From the NCBI RefSeq assembly GCF_006345805.1, contig NC_043000.1:53816001-53880000 (forward strand): a stretch of DNA of 64,000 bases, in the 5' to 3' direction. This document shows, in pieces, positions 14,035 to 27,195 of the stretch. Position numbers and translations under genes: made by a program. The DNA is from Octopus sinensis. Lineage: Eukaryota. Every line of letters starts with the position of its first letter. Within the stretch, counting starts at the first letter, position 1. Under the pieces are notes generated by a model. It was given only the letters and a program-made list of their open reading frames with translations. It did no database searches and was not told where the DNA came from.

Positions 14035-14390
14035 AACACACGATCTTTCCAATCAGCTCTATTTTCTGCCATCGTTCTGAGCACATTCCAGCTTCTTCAC
14101 CCTTCACGTCCCCTTTCCTTGTGAATGCCTCTTCGCCATATGGTTTTAGGGCGCCTTGCTGCTCTTTTCCCATTAGGCCTCCACTTTAATGCCATAAAAT
14201 AATCGCTTTCTTGAACTTGCATAAGGACGTGTTCGATCGTGTTTCAGTGTCTGCGTCTTATTTCTTTGTCTCAGTTGCAGTCACTTGGTGGCCAATATTC
14301 TTCACTTTCTTGAAGTCTAAATATACTAGACCAGATGAGTCATAGCGATACGAGACAAACTCTTCTCAAAGCGGCACCGCTCCAAAAGAA
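14035..14390 (-). mobile_element. RTE-clade LINE 3' fragment, second family
   Basis: minus strand reads EIRRRH*NTIEHVL...ALKWRPNGKRAARRPKTIWRR...AENRADWK. Confidence 0.75.
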
Positions 14391-16049
14391 TTTATGACAG
14401 AATATTCCATTTCAAATGTGACATATAGGAGCATCCCAACAAAATACAAAAAAAAGTAACCTGTACTCTCCTAAAATTTATGGAAGAATTATGTATATGT
14501 GGAAATAATGCTTTAGCAGGAAACAATCCTATAAACGCAAAAGTAAATTTAGAATTGTGGGAAGGCACTTTAAGCTAACATAGTCAACTATATTACTTTC
14601 TACAGAACTCAGTAAAAAGAGACGGCAAGGAAATTGTGAATATTGATATATTGGCTAGAGAAAAATGGCACTGGATGAAGAAAATGGAAATTCCGAGGAC
14701 AGAGCAGAACTTATATCAGAGATACGATGCGTTGTTAATTATGTACAACAGGAAAAGGTTGCGTTACCGTATAACATCGAAACCTCGATAACCGACCTTG
14801 CACTCACTCACATTTTAGAATAATATAGTAACTTACCCAATCACCAGACGAGTTAAATGAAAACAGTTTATATAAATCTATTTCAACGCTTCTTTTGTGA
14901 CAAGGAAACTTTTCAGTAACTGCTATCAGCACTTGGGTTGTAAAACTTTACAATATTCAAATTTTACACTGGTACACAAGCTCGTGTATTTTGCAAGAAC
15001 ACTCATTTTCTCTATGTGATAATTTAAATCTAACGTAAACTTGTAAATATAGAACAGCAAATATTTTATTTAACTAATATCAATTATACTCACGATACAA
15101 AATATACTCTTAATAATACTGCTTTCATAAATTAATCTCCTTTGTTAGTGATAGTAGTACAAGTATTGCATAATCTCATTGACAAAATATAATCCATTTA
15201 CTCTGCTTTAAGTGAGAAAATTATTATGTGATTACCTCGACTCATGTTTCTTTCAGTTACTAATTACACCCACTATAGGTGATGCTCAGGAATTTCATCA
15301 AAATTATTTACACGAAGAAACTACGCACTTTCCATAATTCATTTTAATTTTCGGTGATTGAAATTGCGTGAGTTCTCATTCTTGACTCTTCTGAGAATAG
15401 TTATCATTAAAGATAATGAGTTTTCTCAACATTAAGGTTACGCTTTAAATTAATTCAACATTATTTCAGGTTCAACACTTCGAGTATTGTAGATTGCACT
15501 TAACTCTAAGATTTTCATGCGGAAGCAACCCGTGGGAATATTTCTAGTAACATTTTAATTTTCCTATTTTTCATATATACTCACATAAAAGTATTTCTGC
15601 ATTAGTGAGAAATCTTATTACATTTGGCATTAATTGACTAGATTGAGTGTGTTGCATTGGTTAAAATCGCTTCTGCGACAAACAAAATGAATCGCCGTTT
15701 TTCTTTTCTGATTTTTACATCCTTGGTTCAAATACGCAAAATTCAACTTGCGTTTCATTACGTCGACGTCGATAAAATGGCGTGCCATTCAAGTACTAGA
15801 CATGACGTAATACACAGTTTTTGTACTAAAAGGTCTCTGGCCCTGTACCGTTATTATGAAAGGATGTTATGGAGAAAATTGAACCGGAAGACTCTTGCTA
15901 GTGCCTGATGGAATGCCATGCGATATTTATCCTGGCCCTTAAGGCTATCATAAATCAAAAACAAGTAAATAATTGGAGTCAACCTATTCGATTAAACCCG
16001 TTCCCATGAATTTCAGATTTTTGTGTGTATAATGAGCAATTAATTGAGA

Positions 16050-16600
16050 GGATCATGTTCTGATGAAAAGTTGCGGTCAGAAAAAAGTAAGTGCGGAATT
16101 CAATTAATATTCATTTAAAACTAGGCAACGGAGTTTCATCGGTGAAGGTTAACTCAATCCGAAATCATCGATGATTTGGTACACTTCACTTGCTGTATGG
16201 AGGTTGGTCTTCTTTTTCAGTCAATAGATATGTTCTTCGTTCCCCGTGGCTAAGTGTTATTTTGACTCTTATTTCTAGCAATGTTGGTACTGATTTCCAC
16301 CTTTAGTCACTTTAGTGACGTTTCCACTTGCACCGTTTTGTTTTTTAAGTTGCGGATAGTCACCTTAATAATATATAATTTTTACTTTACAATTTTACCA
16401 AATTAGTAAATGATTTCTATGATAATAGCTTTAAACTGATGAGGCGAGTTCCATTCAACCCTAGGTAACGGAGTAAGTGTCACCGATCAGGATTAACCCA
16501 ATCCCAAATCATTGATATTTCACATTGCTCACTTGCTGTAGGGTGTTTGGTATCCCACCCTTGAATGTCAATAAATAAGTACTAAGGTTTGTTTTGACTC
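16050..16600 (+). repeat. diverged direct repeat (~16115-16270 and ~16455-16600) with degenerate HHR-like cores
   Basis: shared CTAGG.AACGGAGT...TTAAC.CAATCC.AAATCAT.GAT...CACTTGCTGTA...TTTTGACTCT; CTGATGA upstream of both copies. Confidence 0.55.
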
Positions 16601-16603
16601 TCT

Positions 16604-16654
<51 letters not shown>

Positions 16655-16709
16655 TCTGTTTCAGCCCTAGGTCTGTGGCCATGCTGGGCACCGCCTGTGT
16701 AATCACGCA

Positions 16710-17360
16710 TTAATTGGTCAATTCTATGTGATTAGCTTTTGGTGAAGGAGGGGGTTTGACACTGCTGCCCTCTTTTGATATTGGTTCATCTGAGATCTTG
16801 GACAGCAATTGGTCTAGTTGTTCCTTGAAAACATCTGCTCCCAGTGCATGGTGATCCCTCAGATGTTTTGGCAAAGAGTTAAATAGCTGTGGGTCTTTGA
16901 ATCCCAAGCTGTTACAGTACATAGTCCTCATCTTAGATAGGACAGTTGGGACTTTTGGAACCGTGCAGTGACGTCCAATTAGAGATTTTGCATTACTCAC
17001 ATTTCCAAAGTTTTGTACCAGCCCATCCAGTATCTTTCACACATATATCACTGCATACCTCTTCCGTCTTCGCTCCAGGGTGTAGAGTTGTAGCTCTTTC
17101 AGTCTCTCCAAGTAGCTCAGCTGTTCCATTGATGCAATCTTCCTTGTGAAGCATCGCTGAACCACCTCAAATTCTGCTATGAATCCGACACTGTAAGGTG
17201 TCCACAGTTGAGAGCAGTAGACCACACGGCTGAGAACAAACGTCCTTCATAGGATCAGCATAGTTTCCTGGTCCCTAGGTTCTGAGGGCTCTCAGAATCT
17301 ATCCGGCCATTTGCCTCCACACTGACACCATCTTGGTTATATGCATGTGAAATGAGTCAT
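16710..17360 (-). mobile_element. CR1-like LINE ORF2 C-terminal fragment
   Basis: YCSQLWTP...EVVQRCFTRKI..LSYLERLKELQLYTLERRRKRY and PQLFNSLPKHLRD; frameshifted. Confidence 0.85.
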
Positions 17361-17401
17361 TTTTGCTCATATCGATCGTAATGTAAGCATAGATACGAAC
17401 T

Positions 17402-17435
<34 letters not shown>

Positions 17436-17689
17436 TATGTTCTTAAGTAGCTTTTTAAATGAAATCGTGATGCAGTTAAAGTACATGCAGAAAGATTTTC
17501 TTAAAACTTCTTTTAAGCAAAAATACATAGAAACTGAATGATAAATGACTTTTCGAAAGAAATATTCATGTAGTTTAAGCACTTTTGTCGTTTTAAGCTT
17601 TTCAAGCAAAGTACATACACATGCACACACACAAACGCACGCACATACATATTATCTGTCTATCTATCTATATCTATCTACCTATCTAC

Positions 17690-17723
<34 letters not shown>

Positions 17724-17740
17724 CTCTATCTATCTATCTC

Positions 17741-17850
<110 letters not shown>

Positions 17851-18601
17851 ATATATATATATATATCTATATATATATATATATATACTTATATGTACAC
17901 ATATAAGCACAGGAAGAGTGAGAAAAAGAAAAAAAAGAAAGAGAAAAGTTTGAGATTAAAACAGAAAAAATCGGCATTCATTTGTAAAGTAGAGTAACAG
18001 AAAATGAAAAAGGTGGTTCATTTTCCTAATAGCATACCATGTTTGCATTCTTATCAGTTAGTGTATTAAGTATAACAATATTGTCATTCTATACATGTTA
18101 TTTTCGCAACCTACTCCTTTGAAACACTGCTAGAAATGTGAATACCCAAAAGTATTAAAAGTACACAACGGCATAGTTTGAGCACTCATATTCATAAGCG
18201 TCTGTTAGCGAATATGAATGTGCGCGCGCGCGCGAGCACGTGCGTATATGTGATTGTGTATGTATGTGTGTATTACCCGAAATGAACGATACTGGGAAAA
18301 ATTCTTTTTGTGATAAATATATTAATATTTATGCTTTTGTACTGGAGTACAAGCGAAGTAATTTCGAACTAGTAAATTCTTGAGAGAGGTCAGGTTAAGA
18401 GCATTTTGAATATTCACTTATTGGTGTGTACTTATATAGAGACGTTGGAGACCGATGTATATAGATAGATACTCACATAAAATAATATGCTTACAGAATT
18501 CATGATTTGTCTCTCTACATCTTTCTTTCCGACTCTCCTTCCCTCTCTCTTTTTTTTCTCTCTCTCTGTATATATATATATGCAGAGAGAGTATAAATAT
18601 A

Positions 18602-19367
18602 TAAGCATAAGATCATTCATTTAAAATAAAATAACGATTTTATCAAGTGGCCAGCATGGAAAAAATAACCTTCAAAGGTAATAATTATTAAAATTATAAA
18701 TTAGGTATTCTACGAGATACCACCATGCTGAAAATAGCAGCCGTGATCTGACACTAAAACCACCTTTATTGTCCATATCGCAAACGCGGAGAGAAAACAA
18801 AGAGACAAGGTGAAGCTAGTAACAAAGTACTGGATAATTCTAGATCCCGGATTTCTGGATTCTCGTAGATACCCAAATTTATAATTTTAATACTTATTAC
18901 CTTTGAAGGTTATTTTTTCCATGCTGGACACTTGATGAAATTGTTATTTTATTTTAAATTAACGATCTTATCCTTATTCATATAAATTTAAATTTATTTC
19001 GTCACTGGATTTACTGCGGTGATATATAACCATATCTCATGGAATTAAAAGGCGGGCATTTTGAACTAGCCATGATGCATACGAGCATATATATATATAT
19101 ATATATATATATACGTTCGTATGTTGCATTTATATCTATATACATTTATATTTCTTTTCTGTGTGTATTCTACTGACGGGGCAAAGCATTCCTATATACA
19201 AAGTCAGAAATCTGGGATCTAAAATTATCCAGTAATTTTTTACTAGCTTCATCTTCTCTCTTTGTTTTCTCTCCGTGTTTGCGATATGGACAATGAAGTT
19301 GGTTTTAGAGTCAGATCACGGCTGCTATTTTCAGCATGGTGGTATCTCGTAGATACCCTAATTTATA
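18602..19367 (+). mobile_element. non-coding HHR-bearing element: ~484-nt permuted monomer plus 5' inverted copy
   Basis: 18602-18857 is the reverse complement of 19205-19344 joined to 18861-18976; direct terminal redundancy at 18861 and 19345; HHR-like motif at 19167-19225. Confidence 0.8.
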
Positions 19368-19372
19368 TATAT

Positions 19373-19424
<52 letters not shown>

Positions 19425-19433
19425 ATATATATA

Positions 19434-19841
19434 TACTCTTTTAATCTTTTACTTGTTTCAGTCATTTGACTACGGCCATGCTGGAGCACCGCCTTTAGTC
19501 GACCAAATCGACCCCGGGACTTATTTTTTGTAAGCCAAGTACTTATTCTATCGGTCACTTTTGCCGAACCGCTAGGTGACGGGGAGGTAAACACACCAGC
19601 ATCGGTTGTCAAGCAATGCTAGGGGGACAAACACAGACACACAAAGAGACACACACACACATATATATATATATATACATATATACGACAGGCTTCTTTC
19701 AGTTTCCATCTACCAAATCCACTCACAAGGCATTGGTCGGCCCGGGGCTATAGCAGAAGACACTTGCCCAAGATGCCACGCAATGGGACTGAACCCGGAA
19801 CCATGTGGTTGGTAAGCAGGCTACTTACCACACATCCACTC
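19434..19841 (-). mobile_element. SINE family B
   Basis: high similarity to 10533-10933. Confidence 0.9.
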
Positions 19842-19921
19842 CATAGAGAGAGAGAGATAGCACAAACATACACATGTATACTATATATATATGTACACAC
19901 ACATACATATGCATATATATT

Positions 19922-20002
<81 letters not shown>

Positions 20003-20478
20003 AATCGTATACAACTCGAACACAGAGGTACTAAACAAGATGGAGCAAGTCGCATTTGCGAACTATAGGTAGAGCAATATAACAATCTATACAAGCTGGA
20101 AAGCTCTTTACTATATGTTACTTACAGTCTCACTTGACCGACCAGTAGTATTTTGAAGAATGCGATGTATACATTTTAAACATATTGGATGTATTTTCTC
20201 ACATTTTTGTAACTCCGAAAACGAACTGCTTCTTTCCTAATCTCGCATTCAATCTTTACATATTATTGTTTTTTTCTGTCTTCGATGTTTAAAATGGGAA
20301 TTTATTGACCAAGATATAAGCTATATGTATTTTTATCGAATATGTATTTTATCCTATTTCGTAAGTATTTTTTCAAACTGTCATTCCAAAATTCAGTTTT
20401 TTGCATTGCTTTTTTCACTTACTCCTAAATACGTTTTTTCCATGTTCGGACGTATTTCTTTATTCAGTTTCATCCCTT

Positions 20479-20651
20479 TCAGCCAATAGAATATATTTTG
20501 GTACTATCTTTAAGCGACCAAATTAATTTACTGAGGCTCGTAAGATTTTTCAGAGATAGAAACAAAAACACAAAAAGAAACAAATCATACTATCCTCAGT
20601 AAATTAATTTGCACGCTGAAGGATAGAAACAAAATGTATGGAATTGGCTGA
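20479..20651. repeat. short fold-back (arms 20479-20536 and 20594-20651)
   Basis: TCAGCCAAT...AAATTAATTTACTGAGG / CCTCAGTAAATTAATTT...ATTGGCTGA; the spacer is homologous (reverse complement) to 21722-21785. Confidence 0.7.
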
Positions 20652-21438
20652 GATTGTGTTAGTAAGGCAAAACAGTATAGTATAGGCGTAAAAGATGTGA
20701 GCTATAGTTTAAGGTGTCTTCATGCAAGAAAATTTACTTTTAAAATATTCAGATAAATGCATTACACTTTATATAGTAAGAAAAATTACAAAATATTTAG
20801 AATAGCAAGTGTGAAAACAAAAATCAAATACGTCTAAAACTAAGAATATTCTTGAAATGAGTGGAATGGTTAACTTCTTAGATTAGTAATCACTCTGTAG
20901 AAATATTTAATCCAAATTTGACTATATTTCCCGTCACCTAACGCAATTATTGGAAGTGAACCATCAGGCATGATTTCTACAACTCATACCTCCTTAAAAT
21001 AACACATACCTCCTAAAAAACCCATTCCTCCTACAAGAAGGAATATATTCATTCAGCTTAATTCCTTCAGTTTCACTTCGAAACGGCAGTAAAAGAGATC
21101 GCTTATGAAGCTATACCCACGATGATAGGGTGCAGTCAATGCAGTGGAAATGCGCGTAGGTCCAGAAATGAATGCTGTAAATAACTGTATAATAAAATTA
21201 TAGGCCTGAAAAATCTCCGTTTTCTGTGTCATTATTAATACTATTAGTTACTCTATGGAAAGTATGCGGTCCCGAATAGGACATTTGGATTTACCAAGCG
21301 AGAATAGTTACCAGAGTCAAGCAACTTATTGTTAACTCGGGCGTCACTAAAGGAACGTACTGGTTAGCTGGTATCTGAAACCGATTTGAGAGGTAACACC
21401 TTAATCGCCAGGACTAAATGTGCCTTTAAAAACATTTC

Positions 21439-21484
<46 letters not shown>

Positions 21485-21576
21485 ATATATTATATATATA
21501 TATACATATGTGTGTGTGTTTACGGAGATGTACATGCATAGCAAGTGACCTGATGTGTTATCGTGTGCTGGAACGA

Positions 21577-21934
21577 AAACAATTGTAGAGTGGAACGTGT
21601 TTATAAGCCATTTAAGAAACACACAAAAACCGTTAGATTCAGTTCAGCATTTAAATTCAATTTCCCGAAATATTTTCGTCGATTGGAGACCGCTACCTGT
21701 TCACTGACAAAATTCCGTGCAGAAAATTAAGTTACTAAGGATCGTACGATTTTTTCCTTTTCGTGTTTTTGTTTCTATCTCTAAATAGAGATGCAGCACG
21801 AAATTTTGTCAGTGAACAGGTCGCCGTCTCAAAGCGACGAAGATATTTTGGCAAATCAAATTTAAATGCTGAAGGGAATCTAACGGTTTTGTGCGTTTCT
21901 TAAATGGCTTATAAACACATTCCATGCTGCAATT

Positions 21935-21938
<4 letters not shown>
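21577..21938. mobile_element. fold-back element with G3-C8 variant HHR in each arm
   Basis: arms ~21577-21720 and ~21795-21938; HHR-like motif at 21805-21855 (+) with mirror at 21661-21712 (-). Confidence 0.8.
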
Positions 21939-22004
<66 letters not shown>

Positions 22005-22019
22005 CAAATATATACGTAT

Positions 22020-22175
22020 GTGTGTTGGTGTGTGTGTCTGCGATCGCTCCCCACCCACCATCAATTGACAACCGGGCTTACAAAGAATAAATCTTGGGGT
22101 GAATTTCTTGGAGTGAAATGCGGTGCTCCAACATGACCGCAGTCAAATGACTGAAAGAAGTAAAAGAATAAAAGA
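22020..22175 (+). mobile_element. SINE family B 3' fragment
   Basis: TTGACAACCG..GGCTTACAAAGAATAA..GCGGTGCTCCA.CATG.CCGCAGTCAAATGACTGAAA. Confidence 0.75.
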
Positions 22176-22200
22176 AAAGAGCACATATACATGTGTTGTT

Positions 22201-22240
<40 letters not shown>

Positions 22241-22302
22241 CAACATATTAAAGGTTAAAATTATAAACAATTTTATAAATAGTATATATATATATATAAT
22301 AT

Positions 22303-22344
<42 letters not shown>

Positions 22345-22351
22345 ATATATA

Positions 22352-23128
22352 AAATACAAAAATAGGACTAGAACGCAAAACATTCAGACAGTTAGGTAAA
22401 ACTAAAAAAGGAAAACAAAATAAGGATGGATCATTCGGAGTATTCTATCGTCAGTCGTGTTCCCGATTATCTTTGCATTTTCGGCTTTTTATACTCGAGA
22501 TTACTCCAATCTGGCCAGCCCCATGGAAAATTAAGCTAAGAGCATTACATTCCTCGTAAGAAAGCTGCGAATGTATACGAAACAAGGACGAACAAATTAA
22601 AAAAGAGATAGAAATGTTACACAAATATAAATAAGATGACATAACAACGGTGTCTTTCGACTAAGGACGAATTAAATTAAGCTGGCCTGTGTGGAATCCT
22701 TACGGCAGGGACATAGGATTTAACAAGTGCAGAGAGGAATATAGATTTTGCACAGTAGTCCAACCAAGAAAGAAAGGTCAGGCCTGGCCGAACACCGGTC
22801 ACTTGGGGAGAGAAGAGAGAGGCAGAGGGTGAGAGAAAAATGAAAGACTTCTTATTTGGCATACATTCTTATTTGGCATACATTCGCTGCTTTCTTACAT
22901 GGAATGTAATGATCTTAGCTTATTTCTCCTTGGGCTGGCCAGATCGGAGCAATCTCGAGTATAACCAGCCGAAATTGCAAAGTTAATCGGGAACTAGACT
23001 GAGGATAGAAAACTCCGAATGATCCATCCTTGCTTTCCTTCTATTGCCTGTCTGGATATTTTGTTTTCCTTTATTTTTTTCACCTAACTGTCTGGATGTT
23101 TTGCGTTCTTGTCCTATTTTGTATTTTA
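22352..23128. mobile_element. fold-back element (arms ~22352-22578 and ~22882-23128), probably PLE-derived
   Basis: long imperfect inverted repeat between (TA)n tracts; only a weak CTGA(C/G)GA...CGAA core. Confidence 0.75.
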
Positions 23129-23654
23129 TATGTATATATATGTTTTCCTTCATGAGCGTTGTAAAAAGTGCTTATGTGCATGTATGTGTGTACATTGTTT
23201 GTTTGCGTGTGTGTGTTTAAGAAAGTATGTATGCAGCGTCGCATGTATATCTCTGAAGTCGATGAGATCTTTCATGTGAGCTAAACAAAAAAACATATTT
23301 TTACGCAAAAACAAAATGTCTAGGTTTGAATTTGCTTTTAGGCGTTACCACTTTTTCAGCACATTTGGCCCGACTCCTGTTATATTTAACAATTCTTTTT
23401 TTAACATACAATTGGCATCTTCAAGTTCCCCTAGTAGCGATCGATCAGAAACATTAAATCTCAATATAGTTTTCTTTTGAAATAAGAATAATGTTTGGAG
23501 TCAATTTCGAGTTTAGGTGTTAATTTCCATTTTGTCGCCGGGTTTTTCCTCAGTACTTTCTTCTACTGAATATTTTTGCACACAATTAACATGGATAGAT
23601 TCCGGGCGTCGAGATCTATATATGAACTGAAATAAAATGACAATCAGCTGGCAA

Positions 23655-24495
23655 ATTATGGATTCAGGGCATCCGTACACTGCAAGCCGACCTTTACTGG
23701 ACGATACCTCAACTTCAATTCCCACCATCCATACAGTGTAAAGAGAGGGATTGCTAAGTGCCTAAAACATCGTGCAAAGAATATAAGTAGCGATCGTGAT
23801 ACACACCACGAAGAAATGATCAAGCTCAATAACGATCTGTTAAGCAACAACTACCCCAAAAGTATATTATCCACCCCAATTATGAAGAAAAGAGAGGATG
23901 AAACAGATAAACTGTCCGCAGTCTGTCTACCTTATGTGAAATACCTCACCGAAAAGATACAAAAGATATGCGGCACATATGACATCAGGACAGTATTCAA
24001 GAGTAATACAACACTTCGCAAATATCTTCGTCGAGTAAAACAACCAGTGGGAAAGAATATGAAAAAGACTGCGTGTACTCCATTCCAAGCAGCTGTGGTA
24101 GGTTATACAAAGGCGAAACAAGCTGCCCCCTCAAAATAAGGGTAGACGAACATCACAAAGCTGTGACACGGGGTGATATTCAGAAATCGGGTAAAGCTGA
24201 TGATGTATGGAAAAATGGAGACCACCTCCCCCTGTGAGATGAAGTTAAAATAATAGACAGAGAAGACCACTGGAAAAAATGAAAACTAAAAGAAGTAGCA
24301 CATATGCTAGGACACAACACCCTCCTAAGCAGATCGAGTGCAGATATGAACAGCATATGGGAACCGGTATTAAGGAAGGATAGGAAAATATTAGATTTAT
24401 AAGCCCTAAAATTCACTCCATAATTGCCCGCGGGCATATGGCGTAGCGGTTAAGAGCTACTAACCCCAAGATTCTGAGTTCAAGATTCAGTGACC

Positions 24496-24541
<46 letters not shown>

Positions 24542-24560
24542 CATCGAAACAGGAATGAGA
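23655..24560 (+). mobile_element. Penelope/Poseidon-type PLE fragment (RT thumb, GIY-YIG, 3' UTR)
   Basis: VHCKPTFTGRYLNFNSHHPYSVKRGI; LPYVKYLTEKIQKI; CVYSIP..CGRLYKGETS..LKIRVDEH; EVKIIDRE; stops and frameshifts; tRNA-like segment at 24430-24495. Confidence 0.9.
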
Positions 24561-25764
24561 ACCTAGGTCGTTTTCCGATGTCACGCAGATATCGATGAAT
24601 GGTTAAATGACCAAATGCAAGCTTCTCTACTAGTTATTCAACACTTACGATTTTGCGTCTTCTACACTGTAGTTTCCGGGGATTTCTGGAACCACAATTG
24701 ACTCTGACTCTGTCTTACGCTTATTCTCCGGTTCCCATATACTGCATTAATATTCATCGCACTTTTCGTTGTTACCGTTATTGAACTCATAAAGCAAAGT
24801 ATGCCGAAATTACTCCTTTGTCACTTCCATTAAACCTTTGAAAAAATAACTGTTAAAATCGAACTGCACTCTTCAAAACTTGCACTAAGAATAGGGCCAA
24901 GGTAAACTTACTACCTGCTTTTATAGCAAGTTGATGCAGGTAGTTTATACCATTCTTCTCCGACTTTTAATTGATGCAATTATTTATGGGATGACCCAAT
25001 ACTTTCATTATCTGTCGTATTGCTGCTGTATCACATTGTATATATGTGTGTGTGTGTGCGTGCGTATGTATATGCGCGGGTGCGTCTGTGGGTGGTGCGC
25101 GCACGCACACACACACGCACATACACACACACACACACGCGCACAAACCCTGCCGCGGCTTTAAATAGATATGCAACAGGTTTCTGCAAAGTCTCCTTCG
25201 TCCAAATTTCCGACCCACCGTTTACCTGAGGCTCTCTGCGTTGAAATTGATTCCAGTAGTTGCGAAGCTAACGTTTTAATCACTGTGATATCTGCACCAG
25301 TGATATAACTTTTATCTAATATGTAGTCTAAATTTATAATATCTCATATAAGCGCATGACTTTAACTTCAACTTGATGCTGATCTATATCTCATGCTCAT
25401 ATTTTCAGGTCTGGATCAATGAAATGTTAGTATGCCGACCATTTAAATTGAAATGAAAGCATGGGTAAAAGAAAGTCATAACTGGTCGAAGACTACAAAT
25501 ACTAACGGGAGGATACAGTCAATTACATAGACTTGGTTTAATTAATTCATCAGTATCAAAGCAACGGAAGGCTGTATTAGGTGTAGGAGACTGGAAGGCA
25601 ATTAGCTGTTATACCATATATGTTACACTTCCCAACAGACTTTAAAGTTATTGATTTATTTCAAACACAACGACACAACGAATGAAAAGCTAGTATGCCG
25701 ACCAATGAAAAACTAGTATGCCGACCATGAAAATTGAAATGGAAACATGGGTACACATATATAG

Positions 25765-26010
25765 CGGGGAGCGTGTGGCTTAGGGGTTAGGATGTTGGAC
25801 TCACAATCGTAAGATTGTGGTTTCTATTCCTGGACCGGGCTACGCGTTGTGTTCTTGGGTAAAACACTTCATTTCACGTTGCTCCAATCCACTCAGCTGG
25901 CACAAATGAGAAATCTTGCAATAGACCGGCGTCTCGTCTAGGTGGGAAATAGATGGAACCTGGGAAGCAAGCTCTTATGAGTCAGTATGTTTCAAGAAGG
26001 AAACTTTACT
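25765..26010 (+). mobile_element. tRNA-derived SINE, family C
   Basis: A-box TGGCTTAGGGG, B-box-like GGTTTCTATTCC, then GTGTTCTTGGGTAAAACACTTCATTTCAC. Confidence 0.75.
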
Positions 26011-26945
26011 TTTGTAAGTATATATTCATTAGATGATGTACGCCGAACGGATATCAGGAAAAAAAAAAGAGAGAACAAATGCTTTTTATTTCAGTGTCAG
26101 ACGTATATTTAATCGCAGCTTACCAGGACCTATAAAAACATCATCAACGAGAGAAAACAACACGTTGACTAGTTTAATGAATTAATTTTTGTTGTTTTTA
26201 CGCACAACGGATTCGGCTTTAATATTTCAATAGGAATACTATTCCCATTACATAATCTAACTCAAGAAGAAATTAGTCTTCCTCTTTCTCCACTGAGATA
26301 TAATTATTACATATTTTATCGTAAAGTAAATTTGTTTCAGAATGGTGCCAATAATTGCTGCTTATTATTTATTTGTGTAACAGCAGTAGACATTTACATG
26401 GCTTGCTTAGATCTCAAATGATAAAAATAAAAATTCAAAATATTTAATGAAAATTTCTAACTCTGCATTAATTTTTTTTTTTTTAGAATTGAATGATATA
26501 ATGCTGTACTGCATGTCTTAATACACTATACCATTCCGTCTTAATGCGTTTTTATTTGATTTCTCTCGTACAAATCTGAAAAAATTCATTATTAAACCTT
26601 GCTGTCTCCAATAAAACTGAGAAAATATATTTTGTATTTGCGTTTGATTAAACTATGTCAGGTAATAAAAAATAATGGCAAATAATCATTATGAATTTTT
26701 ACGGAGCATTGTGTCCAAATGACTACATCATAAAACTGTGGTTAGTTTTTACGACTTGAATCGCGTTGATTGCGGAATAAGTAATGTAAGTGAAAATCTG
26801 GGGCTATACATATAATTTTGAGACATTCCGCGTCAGTCTTCCTCTTTGTCTCTATATTTTTCAAACATATAGGTATTTGGTATCATACTATCAAAATGTC
26901 TCTGTTTTCTTTCTTCAGAAACTACGGGGTTATATACAAAACATT

Positions 26946-27195
26946 TCACTGGTTTAGAGTTTTGTTTGTTGTTACAGTAAAAGATGCACAGGACATAATG
27001 CATCTCAATATCTGGCTTCGTTTCTGGAATCCTCTTTTCAAATCTTCACTTAATCTTCCATAAATAAAGAATTCAACAATTCCAGTGGTAGCGATTATAC
27101 GTAATTGTTGAACACCTTCTAGTAGCGTATGCCTTCTCTCACTGGTAGATGTCGCAGATAATGAATTTAATGCATGGAATTTTACATACAAATCG
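26946..27195 (-). pseudogene. rhodopsin-like GPCR, last exon (ECL3-TM7-helix 8)
   Basis: pyrimidine-rich acceptor ttttctcacacttcttatatag; LRIIATTGIVEFFIYGRLSEDLKRGFQK..ILRCIMSC resembles NPxxY-H8-Cys; phase matches the donor at 35662. Confidence 0.65.

Noticed and set aside
24430-24495. tRNA gene
   Set aside because: No complete cloverleaf or acceptor stem; it is a tRNA-derived segment inside a PLE.
25425-25755. Short direct repeats TAGTATGCCGACCA...AATTGAAATG
   Set aside because: Only two or three irregular copies; a local duplication, not a CRISPR-like array.
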